Of a stretch of DNA of 64,000 nt, positions 55,952 through 64,000 are shown piece after piece. Position 1 is the first letter of the stretch, and the number at the start of each line of letters is the position of its first letter. Under the pieces are notes generated by a model. That model was not told the DNA's origin, did no database searches, and saw only the letters and a program-made list of their open reading frames with translations. The stretch comes from a virus: positions 64,001 to 128,000 of IMG/VR virus record IMGVR_UViG_3300005096_000103. The stretch is one strand, 5' to 3'. A program made the translations under genes and the position numbers.

Positions 55952-56545
55952 TTATAGTACTTTGGCTACGTTCTTAGCAACACTTGCTAGAACCTTCTCA
56001 GCTTTTAGAGCTGCTGTACCCTTAGCTGCAATGTTAACCGTTTTGTTTACTGTACTAGGGACTGCTTTTGCTGCGGCGTTAGCTGCTACGTTAAGTGTCT
56101 TAGCTTCGCTCCTAATACCCGCTTTGGCTGCTGCGGCGCTAGTAGCTCGCTGCTTACTTACTGTCTTGTATAAGTCCTTACCTAAATCTCTCACAGTGTC
56201 CACGCCGTAGCCTAAGCCCTCACGCGCCATAGTTGGTATAGCTGAGAGACCTTTAGCCTTCCCTAGTCGTGAGTATCTCTTAGCTAAATTCGTCTTTGCA
56301 GATGTACCACCTAGAAACTTCTGAGCTATTGCACCAGTTCCTACTAATCCAGTTCCTGCAACTAGGCCTCCCCCTCCTGCAGCTAGTCCTGCTGCTGCAA
56401 TTCCAGCACCTGAACTTCCTTTACGGCGAGGTACAGGCAAATGTGCTGCGATTTTATTTAGCTGGGAGGCTAGCGCACCATATTCCTCGTTATACGCAAT
56501 TGTGTATACACTAGCTAGGCATTTCTTATGTGTGTCTGTGTACAT
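55952..56545 (-). CDS. KLAY-leader family protein 4 (divergent leader)
   Basis: ...VYTIAYNEEYGALASQLNKIAA plus glycine zipper and Lys/Ala-rich tail. Confidence 0.8.
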   Translation of the reverse strand: MYTDTHKKCLASVYTIAYNEEYGALASQLNKIAAHLPVPRRKGSSGAGIAAAGLAAGGGGLVAGTGLVGTGAIAQKFLGGTSAKTNLAKRYSRLGKAKGLSAIPTMAREGLGYGVDTVRDLGKDLYKTVSKQRATSAAAAKAGIRSEAKTLNVAANAAAKAVPSTVNKTVNIAAKGTAALKAEKVLASVAKNVAKVL

Positions 56546-56569
56546 CTATCTTCCCTAAGTAAGTCGCCA

Positions 56570-56989
56570 TTACATCTGAGCTAAAGCAGCGCGGAGATTA
56601 CGTCCCCTCTCAAAAGATATATCCCCCTGGAGCTCTGAGACTGTATCTCTAACCACAGACTTATTAGCGCCTCTAGCAGCGCGTAATCCTGCACCAGCCC
56701 AGTCGTCTACGACGTTGAACGCTTTGCGCATCCCACGACCTACCCCGTAAGTCAGACCTATTGTCGCTGCTGTTCCTGCCGCCGCGATTCCTAAGCCTTT
56801 TGCGACGCCACCCATAGTAACAGGTCCAGTCTGTGTGGGTATTGGTGGTCGCATGGGTGGCATCAGCGCCTGTGCCTGGCTGTGCATAGCGACTTTAGGG
56901 CTCGACGGGCTAGCTAGTCGAATCCGTCGGACCTCTTCAGCGTATGAACGTTGATACGCCAGTTTTACTATGTAATCTAGGTCATTCAT
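56570..56989 (-). CDS. KLAY-leader family protein 3
   Basis: MNDLDYIVKLAYQRSYAEEV...KVA plus GLGIAAAGTAATIGLTYGVG. Confidence 0.8.
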   Translation of the reverse strand: MNDLDYIVKLAYQRSYAEEVRRIRLASPSSPKVAMHSQAQALMPPMRPPIPTQTGPVTMGGVAKGLGIAAAGTAATIGLTYGVGRGMRKAFNVVDDWAGAGLRAARGANKSVVRDTVSELQGDISFERGRNLRAALAQM

Positions 56990-57008
56990 TCATATACCCA
57001 TAGGTACG

Positions 57009-57410
57009 CTAAGTTACAGCCTTAACTACAGTCTTAGCAGTATCAGCAGCAGCAGCTAGAGCTTTGCGTTTCTTTAGTGCGTTCATGATAGTATAACCTG
57101 TAGACGCTAAGAGTCCGCCACTTAAACCATCTACAATGCGGTTATCAAGAGTACCTTTACGTCTACTCACGTACTCTGTTACCTTTTCACCAGGGAGCAT
57201 CTTAGCACGTATATGCCTGGCTTGCTTCCCTCTATCACCAATCATATGCTTTAAGTTGTAGATTTCCTTCGCCGTCAGCTTAGACGACACGCGTTTAAGC
57301 GACTCGCGAATCGTAGCGTCTCGTTTACGCGGATCAGCGTTCTTAATCGCTGCCATCTCTTTGTTGTACGCTTCGGAGTAGGCGAGCTTTACTAGGTGCT
57401 GTAAATTCAT
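57009..57410 (-). CDS. KLAY-leader family protein 2
   Basis: MNLQHLVKLAYSEAYNKEMAAIKNA plus a highly basic body. Confidence 0.8.
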   Translation of the reverse strand: MNLQHLVKLAYSEAYNKEMAAIKNADPRKRDATIRESLKRVSSKLTAKEIYNLKHMIGDRGKQARHIRAKMLPGEKVTEYVSRRKGTLDNRIVDGLSGGLLASTGYTIMNALKKRKALAAAADTAKTVVKAVT

Positions 57411-57538
57411 CTTTTAACCCTTTATAGCCTTGAAACTAAATTCACACCCTTACGAAGTAGGTTCTAGTGGCCTACTTCGTTTAGACGTTGAGGAGACTCT
57501 ATTAATCTATATACCCGTCTGACGCCGGGACCAGTCGT

Positions 57539-57901
57539 CTATGCGTTCCTTAAGAGGGGTACACCTATAGCTGCAAATTCGTCCAGTCGACGCTGCGTCC
57601 GTGAAGGCGCTGACGCTGCGTCGACTACTTCCCCCGCGACATCCCCTACAGCGTCGACTGCAGCTCCACCAGCTTGACGGAGCCCTCTGCCTTTAAGGTA
57701 GCGACCTCCTAAGTATAGCGCACCTGCGCCCATAGCTAGACCGCCTAGACCTGCACCAACCTGCGCTCCTAACCCAACTTTAGCTGGAGTGCTTAGGCCT
57801 TTGTCTTGTCCTTCCTGACTGAAGAATCCTGCAAGTTTAGCAGACTCTTCGTTATAGGCTTGCTGGTATGCTAGCTTCATGTGGTATTGCAGGTTGTTCA
57901 T
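57539..57901 (-). CDS. KLAY-leader family protein 1
   Basis: MNNLQYHMKLAYQQAYNEESAKLA plus VGLGAQVGAGLGGLAMGAG; GAGGA SD. Confidence 0.8.
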   Translation of the reverse strand: MNNLQYHMKLAYQQAYNEESAKLAGFFSQEGQDKGLSTPAKVGLGAQVGAGLGGLAMGAGALYLGGRYLKGRGLRQAGGAAVDAVGDVAGEVVDAASAPSRTQRRLDEFAAIGVPLLRNA

Positions 57902-57962
57902 CCAATTCCTCAGTTCTAAACCACTCTAAGATCAGACTCTATAGACTCTAGATCCACCTCAA

Positions 57963-57991
57963 AGACTAACAGCCTCACAACCCTTCGTCAA
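57963..57991 (-). promoter_or_regulatory. Sigma70-like promoter for the KLAY cluster
   Basis: TTGACG-N17-TAGTCT with TGn extension, 55-60 nt before ATG 57901. Confidence 0.6.
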
Positions 57992-58008
57992 TGTCGCCTC
58001 CCGCCCTT

Positions 58009-58037
58009 TTGACGTCACCGGCATCAGGGTGTAAGAT
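58009..58037 (+). promoter_or_regulatory. Sigma70-like promoter for the glycine-zipper gene
   Basis: TTGACG-N17-TAAGAT, about 65 nt before ATG 58103. Confidence 0.6.
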
Positions 58038-58102
58038 GTCTTGACGATGTAGAGCTTCTATAAACTACAAGATTCTAGAACTTTAACACAGGGGAAATAA
58101 TT

Positions 58103-59332
58103 ATGGGACTTAGGGAAACTGCTAGAAACAATACTATCGCAGGTGGAATTGCGGGTGCGGGGTTTGGCGGCCTTGGTGGTGGACTCAAAGCTTTCCGACG
58201 TGGAGGGGGTCTCGCTGGAGCGGGCCTCGGTGTCTTAGGTGGAGGTCTACTAGGTGGTATCGGAGGTGGTATCGGAGGTGGCATCACTGCAGGTGTCTCA
58301 CACGCAGTAGGTAACGGCAACCTCGGATATGCACAACAGGCTGGTGGTGACGCAATTCTTGGAGGCATCCTCTCTGCGCCCCTTGGCGCAAAGGGTGCAC
58401 TACTAGGAAGTGCACTAGGTGGTGGGCAAGGTGCTGCTAGGGAGTATATTAGGCAGAAGATCTCGGCTAGTCAGGGGCTTGGAGAGGCTATTGGTGAGAA
58501 CGCTATTGCAGGAGGTCTTGTAGGCGCTGGAATTGGAGGTCTCGCTGGTGGGGCTCGGGCCATACGGGCTGGTGGTGGATTAGCTGGTGTAGGTCTAGGC
58601 GCCTTAACCGGCGTTTTAGGTGGTGGGATTGCAGGTGGAATCGGTGGAGGCATAGTCGGTGGAGGGCTGAACGCTGTTGGGAAAGAGGAGGGTTATAGAG
58701 GTCAAGTTGCAGGTGGTGCACTACTCGGTGGACTCTTAGCAGCGCCTTTTGGCCCGCAAGCTGCACTAGCAGGTGGCGCACTAGGTGGTGGGCAAGGCGC
58801 TGCTAGGGAGTACGTCAGGCAGAAGATCTCGGCTAGTCAGGGGCTTGGAGAGGCTGTAGTGGAGAACGCTGTTGCAGGCGGTGTGGGCAATGGTGTAGTC
58901 GGAGGTTTAACAGGCGGAGCACTTGGCGCACTAGGTGGTGGTCTTGGGGGTTACTTCGTGGGCAGAGAGGAGAAAAAAGTAGGCCCTGTGCTAGGGGCCC
59001 TATTAGGCGCAGGTCTCGGCGCGGGAGCCGGCGCACTAGGCGGGACGGCGTTAGCTTCAGGTCTAGGTGCACTTGAAGGCGCTGGTGCTGGTGCAATGAT
59101 GCACGCTGCAGGTGTAAAGCCTAACTACAAAAACCAGATGCTTGCGAGTGCAGGTATCGGTGGTCTTTTAGGCTTGTCGGGTGGAGCTTTAGCACCCATT
59201 ACCGTTCCAGTATCTGCGGCTACAGGTTCTCTAAATGGGATACCTCGCGAGTATGCACGTCGAGTACTCTACAAAGAGTCGTCTTATAGATCTGAGGGTC
59301 TTAGTGCTGCAGAGATGTGTGGATTCCGCTAG
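58103..59332 (+). CDS. Glycine-zipper protein made of three ~122 aa repeats
   Basis: Continuous GxxxG helices; each unit ends in REYxR; 78 bp DNA repeat at 58412 and 58778. Confidence 0.85.
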   Translation: MGLRETARNNTIAGGIAGAGFGGLGGGLKAFRRGGGLAGAGLGVLGGGLLGGIGGGIGGGITAGVSHAVGNGNLGYAQQAGGDAILGGILSAPLGAKGALLGSALGGGQGAAREYIRQKISASQGLGEAIGENAIAGGLVGAGIGGLAGGARAIRAGGGLAGVGLGALTGVLGGGIAGGIGGGIVGGGLNAVGKEEGYRGQVAGGALLGGLLAAPFGPQAALAGGALGGGQGAAREYVRQKISASQGLGEAVVENAVAGGVGNGVVGGLTGGALGALGGGLGGYFVGREEKKVGPVLGALLGAGLGAGAGALGGTALASGLGALEGAGAGAMMHAAGVKPNYKNQMLASAGIGGLLGLSGGALAPITVPVSAATGSLNGIPREYARRVLYKESSYRSEGLSAAEMCGFR

Positions 59333-59400
59333 GCAACCTACTACAGCTTAACACTCCTACTACAGCTTAACACTCCTACTCTACTAAGTGGTGTAATCCA

Positions 59401-59973
59401 ATGATGCTGAATGAATTTCTCGATCTATACAGTGTTAATACGTTGGTAAGGATACCACTGGCTGAGTATCTCGTACTGAGTGTTAAAGCTGATAGGGCTT
59501 TTAACGTTCTAGTCGACGAAACTCGTATCATCTCTAATGGTAGGGACACGTGGTATACTGCTATGGATGCTCATGCGGCGTTGAAGCGTTGGTTGTCTAC
59601 ACTTAGTGACTCTACAGTTGGTAAAAACTGTAGCACCTTTGCGCCTGCTTCCATTGGTCCGGGTATCACGAATAGCGACTTAGACAACGCTGAGGCGTTT
59701 AGTGGTGATAAGCTGGCTAAAGGTGAAAGGTCGTGGGTTATCCGAGAGTCTCAGACTAATCCTACGACGAAGTTCACTATAGGTTCTGTAGACTATAGCT
59801 ATACCCTAGACAGCGAATCCTGGGACGTCCTGAGCCCCTGGTTCAGCGAGATAGGTCGGGAGTACACACCCTTGATTGTACTAATCTATAGCGCACTACG
59901 ACGGACAAAGATTGGTCGAACAGTCCATAGGGACCTTATTAGGAGAGAAAATGAACAAGTTCGTCTGGGTTGA
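59401..59973 (+). CDS. Hypothetical protein
   Basis: 190 aa ORF. Confidence 0.65.
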   Translation: MMLNEFLDLYSVNTLVRIPLAEYLVLSVKADRAFNVLVDETRIISNGRDTWYTAMDAHAALKRWLSTLSDSTVGKNCSTFAPASIGPGITNSDLDNAEAFSGDKLAKGERSWVIRESQTNPTTKFTIGSVDYSYTLDSESWDVLSPWFSEIGREYTPLIVLIYSALRRTKIGRTVHRDLIRRENEQVRLG

Positions 59974-60829
59974 TGGCCCACGCCCTAAACTAGCATCTGA
60001 GATTGCTAGGTATGTAGAACTTCTTGAAACGATTGAAGTCGATGAGTATATCATCCAGCTCCAGTCCCCTAGAGTTAGGAGACGTTGGAAGGTTGACCGA
60101 CTCGTCGAGGTGACTAAGCTACTCCAGTCCCACGGGAAATCTGTTAGTTGGCTCGTTTGGGGCTACGCTGACGACGTGAAGATTGACGATCAGTTTGAGT
60201 ATCTCATGGAACTCCTCCCCCTAGCTCAACCCCGTAGTATCCAGTGGGACTGTGAGGAGCAGTGGGACGATAAGAAGCTAAGCGACTCAGATGTTAAAAA
60301 GTCTGCAAAGCATCTAGAGGCTGCAATGGGCAACCTACTCGCCCTCTGGCCTGAGCTCGTCTTCGGCATCTCCGCGATAACCCAGTGGCCTAAGGCGAAG
60401 TTCACCAAGAAGGTAGCTTACGCCCTCGCTATCAAGTACGTCACCGAGGGCTACGCACAAATCTACGCCTTTTACAACAAGCGCATCAATAGTCGTGGAA
60501 AACGCCACTGGTCTACAAAGATGCCTGTTGAGCGCCGCCTCGCTGACCCAATCCTAGCCGCCTGGAAGACGCTGAATAACGTCACAATAAGCGTTGGACT
60601 TGCAGCCTACATGCAGACCTGGCCCTCGCCTCGCATCTACCCTGGCTGGAACGGTCCTACCCCTAAACCTGTTGAAGCAATGCGGCGTAATTACATTGCG
60701 ATCCGCGACGCAGTCCTACTTATTAACCCAACGGCACGAATTGGCTGGTGGGCTGCAAAACATCTGGTAGACTTAGAGGAGTTTACAGACAAGTCGAGTA
60801 GGGCAAAGACGCTTATTAACGCTCTCTGA
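59951..60829 (+). CDS. Possible TIM-barrel glycoside-hydrolase-like protein
   Basis: ATG 59951 after AGGAG; VWGY, IQWDCEEQW, GYAQIY pattern; weak functional call. Confidence 0.45.
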   Translation: MNKFVWVDGPRPKLASEIARYVELLETIEVDEYIIQLQSPRVRRRWKVDRLVEVTKLLQSHGKSVSWLVWGYADDVKIDDQFEYLMELLPLAQPRSIQWDCEEQWDDKKLSDSDVKKSAKHLEAAMGNLLALWPELVFGISAITQWPKAKFTKKVAYALAIKYVTEGYAQIYAFYNKRINSRGKRHWSTKMPVERRLADPILAAWKTLNNVTISVGLAAYMQTWPSPRIYPGWNGPTPKPVEAMRRNYIAIRDAVLLINPTARIGWWAAKHLVDLEEFTDKSSRAKTLINAL

Positions 60830-60880
60830 TGAGTATTTAGTACCTCATAGAGTATTAGGAGCTAAAGTAAGAGGTGTGCG

Positions 60881-61153
60881 ATGGTTGACTCTGTGAGTAC
60901 TGACAAACATGCTGACGACTCTACATCTTTAGATGCTGATACATCTTTAGATGCTGATACATCTTTAGATGTTACACCCACTGATGCTGTAGACACTGTC
61001 GCAAAGCTACGACTTGAGCTAGCCTACGCGATGTCATTAGCTCACTCACACGCTCTCGAAACTGAGGAGGTAATTGCAGAGCTCCAGGGTGAGATACGTG
61101 AGCTTCGTGAGGAGTTGCGTACGTACAAGCGTAGACGCGGAAGGCGTCAGTAA
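60881..61153 (+). CDS. Small coiled-coil protein with DTSLDA repeats
   Basis: GAGG SD; 18 bp tandem repeat at 60922-60971. Confidence 0.65.
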   Translation: MVDSVSTDKHADDSTSLDADTSLDADTSLDVTPTDAVDTVAKLRLELAYAMSLAHSHALETEEVIAELQGEIRELREELRTYKRRRGRRQ

Positions 61154-61475
61154 CTCCCTGGTCTACTCCCTGTGTAAGCGTCTCCTTCAACTCCCCTGTG
61201 CACCGCTCATCCCTCAACGCGAAATAATACGGCTCAATAAGGGCTACGTTTAACATCGCTTCTGCGATGTTAGAGGGTAGTGTGCTGTCGTAGAGTAACT
61301 CGTCTAAATCACTGAAATACTCTGTATAATGGAACTTGGAGTCAGCGTGGAGGATCTCGTACGCAGCTCGGTAGCCTACAGTGCTAGAGATGTAATCTGC
61401 TGCGGCTCGTAGGTCTGCTGCAGACCCTAAGGCTCCGCTAAGTTCTTCGTAGCATAAGTTGACTAGATGTTGCAT
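60972..61475 (-). CDS. Hypothetical protein; 3' third overlaps the convergent gene
   Basis: AGGAG SD before ATG 61475. Confidence 0.55.
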   Translation of the reverse strand: MQHLVNLCYEELSGALGSAADLRAAADYISSTVGYRAAYEILHADSKFHYTEYFSDLDELLYDSTLPSNIAEAMLNVALIEPYYFALRDERCTGELKETLTQGVDQGVTDAFRVYACTYATPHEAHVSHPGALQLPPQFRERVSELMTSRRLAQVVALRQCLQHQWV

Positions 61476-61485
61476 GGCTCGACTC

Positions 61486-62154
61486 CTAGTGATCTGCTCC
61501 CTCCCCTCCTAGCAGCGGCTTAATCTTCACCCTCGACCTGACCCCGGTTGATACGAATACCGACTTCCCCGCGTACTCAAAGCTGAACGTCGCGTCTCCC
61601 CCTGTTATAGGACCTATTGTATACCCTACGAGTCGTCTAACCTTCGTAGGGTGCGTACGTAGCTCGGCTGCTAACTCGAATACGTTATCTAAAACCCAAC
61701 CCTCAAACCTCGTCTTAAACCTGTCACGTAGATATGCTCGTATTAGCTCCCTATGGAACTTACGAGCGTCATCTACAGTGTATTCGACACCTTTAAAGTC
61801 TATAAGTTCCCCTGAGTCGTCACAGGAGGCTTTGTGGCTGGGTTGCCTGACTCTCGCAGCTGCTGTAAATACGTACGGACCACACAACAACGTCAAGACT
61901 TTTGTATAAGGTGACACTTCAAGTGTTTGTGCAGATAAGGCAAGCTCGTTGTCTATAGTCTTCAGGTCTAGCTCTAGCATCCACCTGTAGAACTCTACGT
62001 TTATACCCGCATACGTCCCATACTTATCAGACACCACAATACTACGGAACCTACTCCGCATGAAGGCGTGTAAGACGTGAAGCACCGTCTGTCTATTCTC
62101 GTGTAATAGTTGCATTAGTATATTAGTCCGTTCTGCTAAATTGAGCCACACCAC
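61486..62154 (-). CDS. Hypothetical protein
   Basis: 222 aa ORF. Confidence 0.65.
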   Translation of the reverse strand: MVWLNLAERTNILMQLLHENRQTVLHVLHAFMRSRFRSIVVSDKYGTYAGINVEFYRWMLELDLKTIDNELALSAQTLEVSPYTKVLTLLCGPYVFTAAARVRQPSHKASCDDSGELIDFKGVEYTVDDARKFHRELIRAYLRDRFKTRFEGWVLDNVFELAAELRTHPTKVRRLVGYTIGPITGGDATFSFEYAGKSVFVSTGVRSRVKIKPLLGGEGADH

Positions 62155-63539
62155 AGCTACCTACGACTGTACCATATCTGAAGCTGTAATCTACTTGTGA
62201 GCTTAGTAGTTGAATAGAGGCTTAGCGCTAGCTAGGTAGACTACTTAACTATTGTTAAACATAGTACTTGTGCAAAGGCTGGCGTCTCTTGCACCCCAGG
62301 CCGATTTAGGGTCCAAAACAAACACGTCGATATCCTAGAAATATTTGTCCTGATTTTCAGAAAGCTATATTTATCAGGGAGAGGAAGGGACGACACAGAT
62401 GGCACTAACCTGTAGTGCCAGCAGCGTCAAAACCCGTCATTTCGCAGAAAGTCCTCAAATCGCAACTCACAGGTCGAGTTCCACGTCAAGTGTTTAATGC
62501 TTAGAGGGCTTAAAATAGTAAGAAACATATACATCTCTGCCACTCCCGGCTAATACCTGTACTAGCAGATGGCTACTGTAAAGTTACACACCCCAATAAG
62601 CTGTAAAAAAGACAGGGGTATTTTTCGTTGTACGTTTTCCAGGAAATACGGGGTTTACCTTTTCAAGTTCAGATTTTTCCCTTACATTAATCTAGGAAGT
62701 TGAAGGTCGGCGTTTTGCAAGTTGCACCAAACCTTTAACGATTACAGGATTAAGGTCCTAAATATTCAGATCACTGCAGTATTTACAGCCCGATTCTACT
62801 GCAAAGATGTTCTCCCCTATTTGCTATTTCACTAGATAGAACATACACTTACAGAACACAGAAGCTCGTTGACAACACCCTCTGAGAATACATACGTTAA
62901 CCGAGGCTATTTTACGACGTTTAATCTAGGAAATATCAACACCCTCAAAACTCGTTGATAAAAATCACAGACAGAAAACCGTGTTTTAAGCCTAAAAGGC
63001 CTTGTAAGTGCACTTACCTCTGTCAAAGTTCCAGCCCTTAAAAGTCTCCAGCGATTTTTAGTACCCTTTTTTTCTAGGTATTAGTGCATTTACCCACTGA
63101 ACATCTGGTTGATTAACCTACATCTCATTTCCAAGGTCTCTGTTACCCCATGTTTTACCCTGTTAATTACACTGTAAAGATGTTCTATACATTTGTGAGT
63201 TTACTAGATAGTTCATGTACTTACAGGTCTCAGAATCCCTAATCCTATAAATCTACCGTAGATCGTTATCTTCTCTGAATTCCAAAATCTATGCGTCCCG
63301 TCACCGCCGACGTCCCCGCCTCCTCACCTAATTTAACCCCAATTTGGTTGTCTAATCTCATTTTTGTCGATTTTAAAAAGCATGACCCTATAAAAGGGGA
63401 GCTAAATGAGTAACATTAAGATAGGCTAAAAAACAGCGTTTGTTTTGTCGAAAACCCGAACGGATCCCGTGTTTATCGAAACTACCAGTTTTCTAAAGAG
63501 CGATATTCTGAAAAGCTCAGAAAGAGCGAAAAAAGAGGG

Positions 63540-63569
63540 TTGAGTGACTGTGTGTTTTATTTATATAAT
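63540..63569 (+). promoter_or_regulatory. Sigma70-like promoter candidate
   Basis: TTGAGT-N18-TATAAT; a second TATAAT at 63569-63574. Confidence 0.4.
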
Positions 63570-63701
63570 ATAATATTAGTTTAAACAGAACATTATAGAA
63601 TACAGGATTAATAGATTCCGACCCTTCTTCTCCACACCAACTTTCCCTATATACAACTCATCGTTTTCAAAACGACCAAAAACTCATTTGACACAGCTAA
63701 C

Positions 63702-63777
63702 GGACCTTAGCCCGTAGGGTCTCCGACGGATCATCGGGGAGGCAGGCGGGTAACTAGCACCGGTGCTATCGAGGTCC
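63702..63777 (+). other. GC-rich multi-stem structured element
   Basis: GGACCT/AGGTCC closing stem, TCTCCGA/TCGGGGA stem, TAGCACCGGTGCTA palindrome. Confidence 0.5.
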
Positions 63778-63822
63778 CTTCAAAACGCACCTCTCTCAAC
63801 AAAAACCAACACTAAACCAATG

Positions 63823-63911
63823 TTTTCCTAGATTAAAAAGCTACAAAAAATCGCTGCTAAAAAGGTAAACCTCACTTTTCCTAGATTAAAAAGCTACAAA
63901 AAATCGCTGCT
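63823..63911. repeat. Two exact 36 bp direct repeats
   Basis: TTTTCCTAGATTAAAAAGCTACAAAAAATCGCTGCT at 63823 and 63876. Confidence 0.95.
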
Positions 63912-64000
63912 TTTTTTATCTAAAAAATTTCCTAGAAAAACATAAGGCATAAATACAAACTCTCAACACTCTTCTCAAAAACCAACCCTTTAAGCCAAAC

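Larger units (their letters stand above)
62155..64000. other. Long non-coding AT-rich region with dispersed repeats (origin- or terminus-like)
   Basis: No ORF of 60 aa or more on either strand over 1.8 kb in an otherwise dense genome. Confidence 0.7.

Noticed and set aside
57452-57480. 10 bp hairpin within the KLAY cluster as a terminator
   Set aside because: No U tract on the coding (minus) strand; may be a stability or processing stem but cannot be called
60823-60860. CTGATGAG as a hammerhead ribozyme core (also at 42232)
   Set aside because: No GAAA after a stem II and no closing stems; both overlap ordinary stop or start codons
63823-63911. 36 bp direct repeats as a CRISPR array
   Set aside because: Only two copies, a 17 bp gap, no terminal palindrome and no cas genes in the window
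1-64000. Stop-codon reassignment (TAG) suggested by CTAG/TAG richness
   Set aside because: Conserved genes are full length in the standard code, and many end at TAG with the next gene starting immediately

Overview
Fragment of a large tailed dsDNA bacteriophage genome, probably a jumbo myovirus; it is densely coding with strong AGGAG Shine-Dalgarno sites and the standard genetic code. Layout: (1) 1-7.5 kb: vWA/metallopeptidase, RuvC-like resolvase and class II (B12) ribonucleotide reductase. (2) 7.5-29.2 kb: tail and baseplate module (tape-measure-like, hub, gp25-like, baseplate J-like, wedge, fibre) with an embedded sigma70-like gene and an M15 peptidase. (3) 29.2-30.6 kb: a minus-strand gene pair joined by a canonical -1 frameshift signal, resembling a tail-assembly chaperone G/GT pair. 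(4) 30.6-55.3 kb: accessory region of small genes with DinG helicase, SLT, tRNA-Leu(UAA), MazG, P-loop kinase, RNase D-like exonuclease, pentapeptide repeats and several paralog families, punctuated by a repeated TGGTATAAG motif. (5) 55.4-59.3 kb: six small basic proteins sharing a KLAY-x3-Y...KxA N-terminal leader, divergently transcribed from a triple-repeat glycine-zipper protein; this is the best candidate for an undescribed system. (6) 62.2-64 kb: non-coding AT-rich tract with dispersed repeats and a structured GC-rich element. Short tandem duplications at gene junctions and CTAG enrichment occur throughout. No capsid, terminase, sheath, integrase, CRISPR array or reverse transcriptase was recognised. 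All product calls come from motif recognition by eye, not database searches.
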